DNA of 42,006 nt. It comes from an uncultured bacterium. Its GTDB lineage: Bacteria; Hydrothermota; Hydrothermia; Hydrothermales; Hydrothermaceae. The stretch is from assembly GCA_964623395.1 (NCBI GenBank), contig CAZUSI010000002.1, positions 1 to 42,006 of the forward strand, given 5' to 3'. This document shows positions 18,169 through 26,524 of this stretch, one piece after another. Every line of letters begins with the position of its first letter. The stretch's first letter is position 1. The notes beneath the pieces were generated by a model. The model was not told where the DNA came from. It worked only from the letters and a program-made list of their open reading frames with translations, and ran no database searches. The position numbers and the translations under genes were made by a program.

Positions 18169-19516
18169 AAGGATTCTTTTAATTAATCCTTATGTTCATG
18201 ATTTTTCCTTATATGATTTTTGGATTAAACCCCTTACCCTTTTATACCTTTCAAAATATTTAAAAAATTATGGATTTGAAATAGATTTTTTAGACCTTCT
18301 TGATTTTAAAATTAAATATAAAAAATATGGAACAGGAAAAATTTATTCTGAAATAATAGAAAAACCAAAATTTTTTAAAGATATACCAAGAAACTATAAA
18401 AGATACGGAATGCCCTTAGAGATTTTTAAAAGGAAGATTGATGAAATTCCAAAACCAGATTTAATTTTGATGACCTCTTTTATGAGTTATTGGTATCCTG
18501 GTGTTTTTGAAACAATAAAAATTTTAAAGGAAAAATTTAAAGATACTAAGCTCGTTCTTGGTGGAATATATGTGAATCTATGTTATGAGCATGCCCTTTT
18601 AAATTCAGGTGCTGATTTTTTAATAAAATTTTATGAATTTGAAAAAGTTTTTGAAATAATTGAAAATTTAACTTCTATAAAAGTTGAAAAGAAAAGTTTT
18701 GAAGATATATTTTTAAAGGATTTTCCCGATTATTCTCTTTATAAAAATTTAAATTCATGTGCAATTTTAACATCAATTGGATGTCCCTTTAAATGTTTAT
18801 ATTGTATTTCTCCAATTTTATATAAAAAATTTATAAGAAGAAGTCCTGAAAAAGTTTTTGAGGAAATAAAAATTTATAAAAATATGGGGATTAAAGATAT
18901 TGCCTTTTACGATGATGCCCTTTTATTTAATTATAAAGAAGGCTTTGAAGAATTTTTAGATAGAGTTATAAAAGAAGAAATTGATATAAATTTTCATACT
19001 CCAAATGGAATTCATGCAAGAGAAATTGATGAAAATATAGCACTTAAACTTAAAAGGGCAAATTTTAAAACAATAAGAATAGGGTTTGAGAGTATAAATG
19101 ATGAAAGGTTAAAAAATGATTTTAGTTTTAAGTCAAATAAAGAGATATTTTTAAGGGCGATAAAAAATTTAAAAAAAGCAGGATTTTTTGATATTGGTGC
19201 ATATGTTATAATAGGTATTTATGATCAAGGTATTGAGGAGATAATAGATAGTTATGCATTTTTATATGAAAATGAAATAAAGATATATCCAGCACTCTTT
19301 TCACCAGTTCCTGGAACTCCTTATTATTATAAATGGCTTGAAAGGAAAAATTTAAGAGATCCAATATTTACAAACAAATCAATTTATCCTGATAAGCCTG
19401 ATGAAATTTCCTTTGAAAAATATGAAAGGATAAAAGATTTTGCAAAGATATTGAATAGAAAAATAAAAGAAAAAATAAATGTTTATAAAGAGGCAAAAGA
19501 ATTTTTAAAAGATTAA
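18161..19516 (+). CDS. B12-binding-domain radical SAM protein
   Basis: 451 aa. N-terminal Rossmann-like B12-binding-type region (RILLINPYVHDF...). CX3CX2C cluster motif GCPFKCLYC. No C-terminal Cys-rich SPASM/twitch segment. 8-nt overlap with the PlsY-like gene. Confidence 0.85.
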   Translation: MPKRILLINPYVHDFSLYDFWIKPLTLLYLSKYLKNYGFEIDFLDLLDFKIKYKKYGTGKIYSEIIEKPKFFKDIPRNYKRYGMPLEIFKRKIDEIPKPDLILMTSFMSYWYPGVFETIKILKEKFKDTKLVLGGIYVNLCYEHALLNSGADFLIKFYEFEKVFEIIENLTSIKVEKKSFEDIFLKDFPDYSLYKNLNSCAILTSIGCPFKCLYCISPILYKKFIRRSPEKVFEEIKIYKNMGIKDIAFYDDALLFNYKEGFEEFLDRVIKEEIDINFHTPNGIHAREIDENIALKLKRANFKTIRIGFESINDERLKNDFSFKSNKEIFLRAIKNLKKAGFFDIGAYVIIGIYDQGIEEIIDSYAFLYENEIKIYPALFSPVPGTPYYYKWLERKNLRDPIFTNKSIYPDKPDEISFEKYERIKDFAKILNRKIKEKINVYKEAKEFLKD

Positions 19517-20197
19517 AATTTTTAAATAAGAATTCTTATCTTTTTTAAAATATAATCCCTTTTTAAATTCTTTTACTTTTCTTCCGCTTATATCAAAAAA
19601 TTTATATTCTTCAAATCTTTTATTTTTAAAGGAAATTTTTTCCTCAGTATAAAGAGTTTTTATTTCAACCTTTAAATTGTCAATTCCAGGACCATAATTT
19701 TGTCCTCCATTATCAACATAATGGAACATAAATTGTATTGAATCAAAAGGCAAATAATTGGAAAGATTTAATGTTTTAACACCATTTCCAAGATTATAAA
19801 TGCTATCAATTTTAATATAATCACTCCATCCATTTTTAAATTTTCTCATTTTTATCCTTAAAACATCGTCAAAGTATAATGTATTAAATCCATAGGAATA
19901 AGTAAATCTTATTGAATCACTGTTTTGTATAAAAATTGAAGGTGATATTAAAATTTCATTCGCAGGTGGAGAAGAAGGACCTGCTTCATCATCATTATAA
20001 TAAGCATATTTTGTTCCATAACTTGGTGGAGGATAATAAAATCCCGGATTTCCTACATTCCATTTGTATCCATCATTGTTTCCATCAATTACTTGCCAAC
20101 CAATTGGAAGACCTTGTTCAAAATTTTCTTGATATACTATTTGCCATTCACCTTTTAAGATAAAAAAACTAAAAAATATTATTAACAAATTCCTCAT
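19505..20197 (-). CDS. secreted choice-of-anchor-J domain protein with T9SS-type C-terminal sorting domain
   Basis: LPIGWQVIDGNNDGYKWNVG is typical of choice-of-anchor J. The C-terminal YKFFDISGRKVKEFKKGLYFKKDKNSYLKILIF resembles a Por/T9SS CTD. I prefer the ATG at 20197 (MRNLLIIFFSFFILKG signal peptide) over the track's TTG at 20233. Confidence 0.65.
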   Translation of the reverse strand: MRNLLIIFFSFFILKGEWQIVYQENFEQGLPIGWQVIDGNNDGYKWNVGNPGFYYPPPSYGTKYAYYNDDEAGPSSPPANEILISPSIFIQNSDSIRFTYSYGFNTLYFDDVLRIKMRKFKNGWSDYIKIDSIYNLGNGVKTLNLSNYLPFDSIQFMFHYVDNGGQNYGPGIDNLKVEIKTLYTEEKISFKNKRFEEYKFFDISGRKVKEFKKGLYFKKDKNSYLKILIF

Positions 20198-20203
20198 ACT
20201 AAA

Positions 20204-20233
20204 ATTATAAAGATTAAAACATTTTATAATCAA
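20204..20233 (-). promoter_or_regulatory. putative promoter giving a leaderless mRNA for the 20197 gene
   Basis: Read on the minus strand: TTGATT (20233-20228), 18-nt spacer, TATAAT (20209-20204), then exactly 6 nt to the ATG at 20197. Confidence 0.5.
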
Positions 20234-20263
20234 TTGCCTTATTTATTTTTTTTAATTTATAAT
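20234..20263 (+). promoter_or_regulatory. putative promoter giving a leaderless mRNA for the proline dehydrogenase string
   Basis: TTGCCT (20234-20239), 18-nt spacer, TATAAT (20258-20263), then exactly 6 nt to the ATG at 20270. No SD is present. Confidence 0.5.
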
Positions 20264-20269
20264 TAAACT

Positions 20270-21190
20270 ATGAAAAGTTTTTTCATTTTCCTTTCAAAGA
20301 AGAAATTTCTTAAAAATTTTATTGAGAAATTTCCACCTTCTAAAAAACTTGTCCAAAGATTTATATCTGGTGAAAGTTTTGAAGATGCTTTAAGAGTAAT
20401 AAAAAAACTCAATTCTCTTAATATAATGGCAACAGTTGATTATCTTGGTGAAAATGTTCAGAATGAAGATGATGCAATAAAATTTTCTTCCTATTATGTA
20501 GAAATTCTTGAAAAAATTAAAGAGGAAAATGTTAATTCTAATGTTTCAATAAAACTAACACAGATGGGACTTGATATTGGAGAAAAATTTTGCTATGAAA
20601 ATGTTAAAAAAATTGTGAAAAAGGCAAATGAAATTGAAAATTTTGTAAGAATTGATATGGAAAGTTCCTTATATACTCAAAGAACAATAGATATATATAA
20701 AAAATTAAGGGAAGAATTTCCTAAAAATGTTGGAATTGTTCTTCAAGCATATTTATACAGAACAGAAAAAGATTTAATAGAACTTTTTAAGGATTCCTTT
20801 TTAAATGTTAGAATATGTAAAGGTGCATATAAGGAGCCAAAAACTATTGCATTTCCAAAAAAAAGGGATGTTGATGAAAATTTCAAAAAAATTTTAAAAA
20901 TCTGTTTTGAAAATATAGATAGGGTTTATCCTGCAATTGCAACCCATGATGAAAAGATAATTGAATGGACAATTGATTATATTGATGAGAATAAAATTCC
21001 AAAAGAAAAATTTGAATTTCAAATGCTTTATGGGATAAGGCATGATTTACAAAGGAAACTTTCAGAGGAAGGATATAGGGTAAGGGTTTATATTCCCTTT
21101 GGTAAAGAGTGGTATCCTTATTTTATGAGGAGATTGGGTGAAAGACCTGCAAATCTTTTGTTCATTTTAAAAAATTTATTTAAGGGTTGA
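20270..21190 (+). CDS. proline dehydrogenase family protein (monofunctional PRODH)
   Basis: 306 aa. PRODH barrel motifs VRICKGAYKEP, ATHDEKII, FEFQMLYGIR and RVYIPFGKEWYPYFMRRLGERPANL. Confidence 0.85.
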   Translation: MKSFFIFLSKKKFLKNFIEKFPPSKKLVQRFISGESFEDALRVIKKLNSLNIMATVDYLGENVQNEDDAIKFSSYYVEILEKIKEENVNSNVSIKLTQMGLDIGEKFCYENVKKIVKKANEIENFVRIDMESSLYTQRTIDIYKKLREEFPKNVGIVLQAYLYRTEKDLIELFKDSFLNVRICKGAYKEPKTIAFPKKRDVDENFKKILKICFENIDRVYPAIATHDEKIIEWTIDYIDENKIPKEKFEFQMLYGIRHDLQRKLSEEGYRVRVYIPFGKEWYPYFMRRLGERPANLLFILKNLFKG

Positions 21191-22062
21191 TAGAAGAAGG
21201 TTTAATATCAAAGTTAAAAAGATTTGAATTTAAAGCAAAAAAAATAGTTGAAGGTTTTTTGCTGGGATTACATCCTTCTCCTTTTCATGGATATTCTTCC
21301 GAATTCAAGGAACACAGGGAATATTCTCCACTTGATGAGATAAAATATATTGATTGGAAATTATCAGGAAGAAGGGAAAAGATTTTTGTTAAAAAATTTG
21401 AGGAGGAAACAAATACAAAAGTTTATATATTGCTTGATGCTTCAAATTCAATGGATTATGGTAAACCTTTAAAAAAAATTGAATTTGCAAAGGATGTTTG
21501 TGCAATATTTTCTTACCTTTCTTTTTTGCAAAGGGATGCTCCAGGTTTATATGTTTTTTCAGATGATTTAAAAGAATTTTTTCCTCCAAGGGCAACAAAA
21601 AAACAAATAAATATTATATTTAAAACGCTTTTAAATTTAAAAACAGAAGGTAAAACAGAACCTCTAAAAATTTTTAAAGGACTTTCTGAAATAATAAAAA
21701 GAAGAGGAGTTATAATAATAGTTTCAGATTTTTTAAAAAAGAAAGAGGAATTTTTAAAGGGAATAAGGTATTTTAAAGCAAAAAAACACCTTGTAATTGT
21801 TTTTCAAATTCTTTCAAGGGATGAAATAGATTTTAAATGGAAGGGGGGAATTACTTTAAAAGATATGGAATATAAGATGGAGCATAAAATTTATGAAAGA
21901 GATGAGGCAAATTATTTTAAAAGGGAATTTTTAAATTATATAAAGGAGTTTGAAAATGAAGTTTTAAAATCAAAGATTTTTTTTACAAGATTTATAACTG
22001 ATGAAGATATTGAAAAGAATTTCTTAAATTTCCTTTTTAGATATAAGAAACATGGTTTTTAA
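21187..22062 (+). CDS. DUF58 domain protein (MoxR-associated, vWA-like)
   Basis: 291 aa with motifs HPSPFHGYSSEFKEHREYSPLDEIKYIDWK and YILLDASNSMDYG. The TTG start overlaps the upstream stop (TTGA). Confidence 0.85.
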   Translation: MIEEGLISKLKRFEFKAKKIVEGFLLGLHPSPFHGYSSEFKEHREYSPLDEIKYIDWKLSGRREKIFVKKFEEETNTKVYILLDASNSMDYGKPLKKIEFAKDVCAIFSYLSFLQRDAPGLYVFSDDLKEFFPPRATKKQINIIFKTLLNLKTEGKTEPLKIFKGLSEIIKRRGVIIIVSDFLKKKEEFLKGIRYFKAKKHLVIVFQILSRDEIDFKWKGGITLKDMEYKMEHKIYERDEANYFKREFLNYIKEFENEVLKSKIFFTRFITDEDIEKNFLNFLFRYKKHGF

Positions 22063-23608
22063 AAATCCAATTTTTTTATATTTAATCCCCTTATCCTTAA
22101 TTCCCCTTCTTTTACATCTTTTTTTTATAAAATTTTTAAAGACACTTCCATTTCCCTATCTTGGTTTTTTGGAAAGAAAGGAAGATATAAGAAGAAAAAG
22201 AAGAAAAATAAAGGAGATTTTAATCCTTCTTTCAAGAATTTTATTCCTCTTTTTTCTTCTTTTGTTTTTTTCCTCACCTTTTTTAAAAAGAAAAATTTTT
22301 CCTGATATTTTAGTTAAAGATATTTCTGAAAGCACGCTTCTTTATAAAGATTTGATTGAAGAAAAATTCAATAAATTTTCAAAAATAACCGATAAAGTTT
22401 TCTATGAAAATTTTCTTGAAACTTCAAATAAAAAGGGAAATATATTTGTTATAACTGATGGTGATAAAAATTTTTTTAAAAAAATAAAAGAAAGTGAAGA
22501 AAATTTCTTTATATTTATTCCTTATGAAAAAAGGGATGATATAGGAATATATGAGGTAAAAATAGAAGATGAGAAAATCTTTGTTAAAATTTATTCAACA
22601 AAAGAAGTAAATGATGCAAGCTTAAAAATGATGTTTGATGAAAATTCCTTTTCTTTTCCTTTAAAAATCCATGAAGGATTAAATGAATATTTTTTCCCTT
22701 TGAAGATTAAAGATTTTGAATTTTTAAAACTCCAAGTTTTGCCCCTTGATTTTTTACAAGAAAACAATTTTTATTTTTTTTCAAAACCAAAATTTAAAAA
22801 ATTATATAAAATTTTTGGAAACCCTTCAAAATACCTTGAAAATCTCCTTTCTACATTAGGTTATAAAAAAATTGATGAAATATCTGATTCTGTTCTTTTT
22901 ATATTTTATGGAATTCCTAATGAAAGAGAAAGTATTCAAGTTCTTTTAAATTTTATAAATTATGAAAAGCCATGCATTTTATTTATTAATAGGGAAGGTT
23001 TTTTTAAAACTTTTTTAAAAAGGGATTTAAATTTAAAAATAGATGATGAAATTGTTTATTTTTCAAAAGTTTTTGACATAAAGGAAGGTAAGGGAATATT
23101 AAACTATAAGGGTGTAAATTATGTTTCTCTTTTTAAAAATGCTGTTTTATTTGGATTTTTACCAGAGCCCTCTTATACAGAAATTGTTTATTCACCTTCT
23201 TTTTTAAAAATATTTAAAATTGGAATTGAAAAGTTAAAATTCAATTTGCCCTATTCTCTAAATTTTAAAAAAGATACCTTTATTTATATTGATGGAGAAT
23301 ATAGAATATATGATTCTGGAAAAAATTTAATTTCAAAGGGCTTTGATAAAATTTCTTTTAAAAATTTAAATTATGGTAGTTATTTTTTAAAAAATAATAA
23401 GAAATTTTATTTGAATTTGAATTTTTCAAAAGAGGAATTTTTGATAGAAAAAATTGAAGAAAAAGAAATAAAAGATTTGTTAAAAAATTCAAAAATTTAT
23501 TCTCTTAATGAAATTGAAAAATTTTTACCAATTTCTTTAAGAAATTTTTTCCTTTTCCTTTCCCTTCTTTTTATTTTAATGGAAATTCTTTTTATAATTT
23601 TATTATAA
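22052..23608 (+). CDS. membrane protein with BatA/aerotolerance-regulator N-terminal domain
   Basis: 518 aa. The N-terminus FKNPIFLYLIPLSLIPLLLHLF matches the BatA_N pattern. There is a second TM after the RRKRRK stretch and a C-terminal TM (FFLFLSLLFILMEILFIILL). The large middle region is unassigned. Confidence 0.6.
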   Translation: MVFKNPIFLYLIPLSLIPLLLHLFFIKFLKTLPFPYLGFLERKEDIRRKRRKIKEILILLSRILFLFFLLLFFSSPFLKRKIFPDILVKDISESTLLYKDLIEEKFNKFSKITDKVFYENFLETSNKKGNIFVITDGDKNFFKKIKESEENFFIFIPYEKRDDIGIYEVKIEDEKIFVKIYSTKEVNDASLKMMFDENSFSFPLKIHEGLNEYFFPLKIKDFEFLKLQVLPLDFLQENNFYFFSKPKFKKLYKIFGNPSKYLENLLSTLGYKKIDEISDSVLFIFYGIPNERESIQVLLNFINYEKPCILFINREGFFKTFLKRDLNLKIDDEIVYFSKVFDIKEGKGILNYKGVNYVSLFKNAVLFGFLPEPSYTEIVYSPSFLKIFKIGIEKLKFNLPYSLNFKKDTFIYIDGEYRIYDSGKNLISKGFDKISFKNLNYGSYFLKNNKKFYLNLNFSKEEFLIEKIEEKEIKDLLKNSKIYSLNEIEKFLPISLRNFFLFLSLLFILMEILFIILL

Positions 23609-23620
23609 TAAAACATTAAA

Positions 23621-24667
23621 ATGAAAAGGAAAATTAAAGTATTAATAGTTGATGATTCCTTTCTTATGAGAAAATTGATTAAGGAAATTCTTGAAGAAGA
23701 CCCTGAAATTAAAGTTGTTGGTATGGCAAAGGATGGTTTTGAAGCAATTAAACTGATTAAAAATCTTGAACCAGATGTTATAACTCTTGATTATGAAATG
23801 CCAGAGATGAATGGAATTGAACTCCTTGAAAAAATAATGAAATATAAACCAACTCCATGTATTATGGTTTCTGCTTATACAAAGGAAGGAGCAGAAATAA
23901 CACTTGAAGCGCTTTCCCGCGGTGCCTTTGATTTTGTCCCAAAACCTTCTGGGCAACTTTCTCTTGATATAATAAAGGTAAAAAATGAATTGATAGGTAA
24001 AGTGAAGGCAGCAAAAGATGCAAATATAAAGAATTTTAGACCAAAAGAAGAGGATTTTGAAAGATTTAAAAAGAGGGGTATTTTAGGTATTTCTTGTGTT
24101 GGAATTGCATCTTCAACAGGTGGAACAGTTTTAATTGAATATATAATAAAAAATTTGCCGGATGATATTGGCGTTCCATTTTTTATAGTTCAACATATGC
24201 CACCTTTGTTTACAAAAAAATTTGCTGAAAGAATAAGAGAGATAACTGGTAAAAATGTTAAGGAAACAGAAAATAATGAAGAAGTAAAGCCAAATACCTT
24301 TTACATTGCAAAGGGTGGTGTTCATGTTTTTTTAGAAAAAAGAGGCAATTCCGTTTATTTAGTTCATAAGGAGGATTTGCCACCAAGAAATGGTGTTAAA
24401 CCATCTGCTGATTATCTTTTTGAATCAATAGCAGAGATTTATGAGGGAAAAAGCTGTGCAGTAATTTTAACAGGGATGGGAAAGGATGGGGTTGAAGGTG
24501 CAAAGGAAATAAAGAAAAAAGGGGGGAAAGTTTTTGTTCAGAATAAAGAAACATGCCTTATTTTTGGTATGCCAAAAAATGCAATAAAGGAAAAGATAGT
24601 TGATAAGGTTCTTTCCCCTGGTGAAATTGTTGAAAATATTTTAAATTTAAGGAGGAATTATGTTTGA
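23621..24667 (+). CDS. cheB: protein-glutamate methylesterase/deamidase CheB (receiver + CheB catalytic domain)
   Basis: 348 aa. Receiver motifs VLIVDDS and ITLDYEMPEMNG. Catalytic Ser/His/Asp motifs GIASSTGGT, VQHMPPLFT and LTGMGKDG. Confidence 0.9.
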   Translation: MKRKIKVLIVDDSFLMRKLIKEILEEDPEIKVVGMAKDGFEAIKLIKNLEPDVITLDYEMPEMNGIELLEKIMKYKPTPCIMVSAYTKEGAEITLEALSRGAFDFVPKPSGQLSLDIIKVKNELIGKVKAAKDANIKNFRPKEEDFERFKKRGILGISCVGIASSTGGTVLIEYIIKNLPDDIGVPFFIVQHMPPLFTKKFAERIREITGKNVKETENNEEVKPNTFYIAKGGVHVFLEKRGNSVYLVHKEDLPPRNGVKPSADYLFESIAEIYEGKSCAVILTGMGKDGVEGAKEIKKKGGKVFVQNKETCLIFGMPKNAIKEKIVDKVLSPGEIVENILNLRRNYV

Positions 24668-25865
24668 TGTAAAAAAAATAAGGGAAGATTTTCCAATTTT
24701 TAAAAATAATCCAAATTTAATTTATTTTGATTCTGCTGCAACTTCTCAAAAACCAAAAATTGTTATAGATACAATAAATGAATTTTATGAAAGTTACAAT
24801 TCAAACATACATAGAGGAGTTTATTCACTTTCACTGGAAGCATCAAGAAGATATGAGGAAGCACATTTAAAGGTTGCAGAACTTATAAATGCAGAAAAAA
24901 ATGAGATAATTTTTACAAAAAATGCAACAGAAGCCATAAATCTTGTTGCCTATTCCTATGCTCTTTATAATTTGAAAGAAGGAGATGAGATTTTAACAAC
25001 AATTATGGAGCATCATTCAAATTTCCTTCCTTGGAAAAAAATAGCAGATTTAAAGGGTGCAAAATTAAAATTTATTTATATAAACAAAAACACCTATGAA
25101 CTTGAATTTGATGAAAAGATGATTACTGAAAAAACAAAAATTGTTGCCCTTTGTTTTGTTTCAAATTTCCTTGGAACAATAAATCCTGTTAAAGAAATTT
25201 CAAAAGTGGCAAAAGGAAAAGGGTCAATTGTTATTCTTGATGCAGCCCAAGCAGTTCCCCATTTAAAAATTGATGTTAAAGAAATTGGTGCTGATTTTAT
25301 TGCTGCATCAGGACATAAGATGCTTGGACCATCTGGAACAGGATTTTTATGGGGAAAAAAGGAACTACTTGAAAAAATGGAACCCTTTATATTTGGAGGG
25401 GGTGCGATTAAAGATGTTAAAATTGATAGTGTTAAATGGGAAGATATTCCATGGAAATTTGAAGCAGGAACTCCAAATATATGTGGTGGAATTGCACTTG
25501 GTGAAGCAGCAGAATATTTAAAAAATATAGGCATGGAAAAAGTTTTTGAACATGAAAGGAGTTTACTTTCTTATTTTTTTGAAAAAATAAAAGAAATAGA
25601 TGAAATTGAAATTTATGGACCTGATTTATCTAAAAGGGTGGGTGTAGTTCCTTTTAATATTAAAGGTGCTGATTCCCATGATGTGGCAGGTATGCTTGAT
25701 TCAGAAGGAATATGTGTAAGGAGTGGAAGGCACTGCACTCATCCCCTTTTAGATTTTCTTGGAATTGAAGGTAGTGTAAGGGTAAGTTTCTACATATATA
25801 ACGATTATGAAGAGATTGATAGATTTATAGAAAGTTTAAAAAGGATAATTTCCTATATTAAATGA
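24660..25865 (+). CDS. sufS: cysteine desulfurase, SufS/CsdA-type (aminotransferase class V)
   Basis: 401 aa. PLP lysine motif SGHKMLGPSGTGFLWGK and active-site Cys loop RSGRHCTHPL. GGAGG SD at 24651-24655. Confidence 0.9.
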   Translation: MFDVKKIREDFPIFKNNPNLIYFDSAATSQKPKIVIDTINEFYESYNSNIHRGVYSLSLEASRRYEEAHLKVAELINAEKNEIIFTKNATEAINLVAYSYALYNLKEGDEILTTIMEHHSNFLPWKKIADLKGAKLKFIYINKNTYELEFDEKMITEKTKIVALCFVSNFLGTINPVKEISKVAKGKGSIVILDAAQAVPHLKIDVKEIGADFIAASGHKMLGPSGTGFLWGKKELLEKMEPFIFGGGAIKDVKIDSVKWEDIPWKFEAGTPNICGGIALGEAAEYLKNIGMEKVFEHERSLLSYFFEKIKEIDEIEIYGPDLSKRVGVVPFNIKGADSHDVAGMLDSEGICVRSGRHCTHPLLDFLGIEGSVRVSFYIYNDYEEIDRFIESLKRIISYIK

Positions 25866-26524
25866 AAGTTTTTTTAAAATTTTTAATTTCCTCAAATATT
25901 TATCTTTTAAGTTTTAAAAAATATGCGGTTCTTTTTGATACAGGTGACCCCCATTCAAAAACACTTGTATTGAAATTTATAAGGGAAAAAATTTTTGATA
26001 AAAGGTTGATTTACATCTTTATAACGCATTTTCATTGGGACCATGTAGGAAATGTAAAATTCTTAAAAAAAATTTTTTCACCAAAAGTATTTATTTCTGA
26101 AAAGGAAAAGGAGTGGGCTTTAAAAGGATACATAGATTTACCATCTCCTAAGGGAACAATTTATTCAAAATTTTTATGGAATTTTTTAAATTTTTTTTCA
26201 AAATTTGAAAACATTGAAAAATTTAAACCAGATATAATTATTTCAAAAGATGAAAAAATAGATGTTGATGGATTTAAAATAGAGATTTTTCAAACACCAG
26301 GACATACACCAGGTTCTTTAACTTATAAGGTTGGAAAATATGTCTTCATAGGTGATACTCTTTTAGGACCAAACATATTTTTAAAAAGACCAAGAATTTC
26401 AATGTTTCTTCATAAAAGGGAAGAAATTTTTAAGTCAATTGAATTTTTAAAAGAAATTGATGCAGAAATTTATTTTCCAGGTCATGGAATACCTTTTAAA
26501 AAGAAAGACATTTATAAATTATGA
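25862..26524 (+). CDS. MBL-fold metallo-hydrolase
   Basis: 220 aa with an HxHxDH motif (THFHWDHVGN), a later TPGHTPGS and GHG. Confidence 0.8.
   Translation: MKVFLKFLISSNIYLLSFKKYAVLFDTGDPHSKTLVLKFIREKIFDKRLIYIFITHFHWDHVGNVKFLKKIFSPKVFISEKEKEWALKGYIDLPSPKGTIYSKFLWNFLNFFSKFENIEKFKPDIIISKDEKIDVDGFKIEIFQTPGHTPGSLTYKVGKYVFIGDTLLGPNIFLKRPRISMFLHKREEIFKSIEFLKEIDAEIYFPGHGIPFKKKDIYKL

Noticed and set aside
20198-20233. The track's TTG start at 20233 for the choice-of-anchor-J protein.
   Set aside because: The extra 12 residues (MIIKCFNLYNFS) precede a textbook signal peptide that begins at the ATG at 20197. The TTG also coincides with the predicted -35 hexamer of that gene's own promoter. I retain it only as an alternative.
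20246-20253. A T8 homopolymer in the spacer of the proline dehydrogenase promoter, as a phase-variation switch.
   Set aside because: Runs of 7-9 A or T are frequent throughout this window, including inside coding regions (for example 8461-8470), so the tract is expected by composition. There is no evidence of length heterogeneity from a single sequence.
23593-23620. A leaderless-type promoter for cheB, with TATAAT at 23604-23609 and at 23593-23598.
   Set aside because: The distances to the ATG at 23621 (11 and 22 nt) do not fit the 6-8-nt pattern. The best -35 (TGGAAA at 23580-23585) lacks the TTG. This is indistinguishable from chance TATAAT occurrences in AT-rich sequence.
25094-25534. A 146-aa antisense ORF inside sufS, the longest shadow ORF in the track.
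   Set aside because: It lies entirely within a strongly conserved cysteine desulfurase gene on the opposite strand. Its low-complexity S/P/I-rich translation has no recognisable motif, no SD and no promoter. It is typical of a shadow ORF in the locally more GC-rich part of a real gene.
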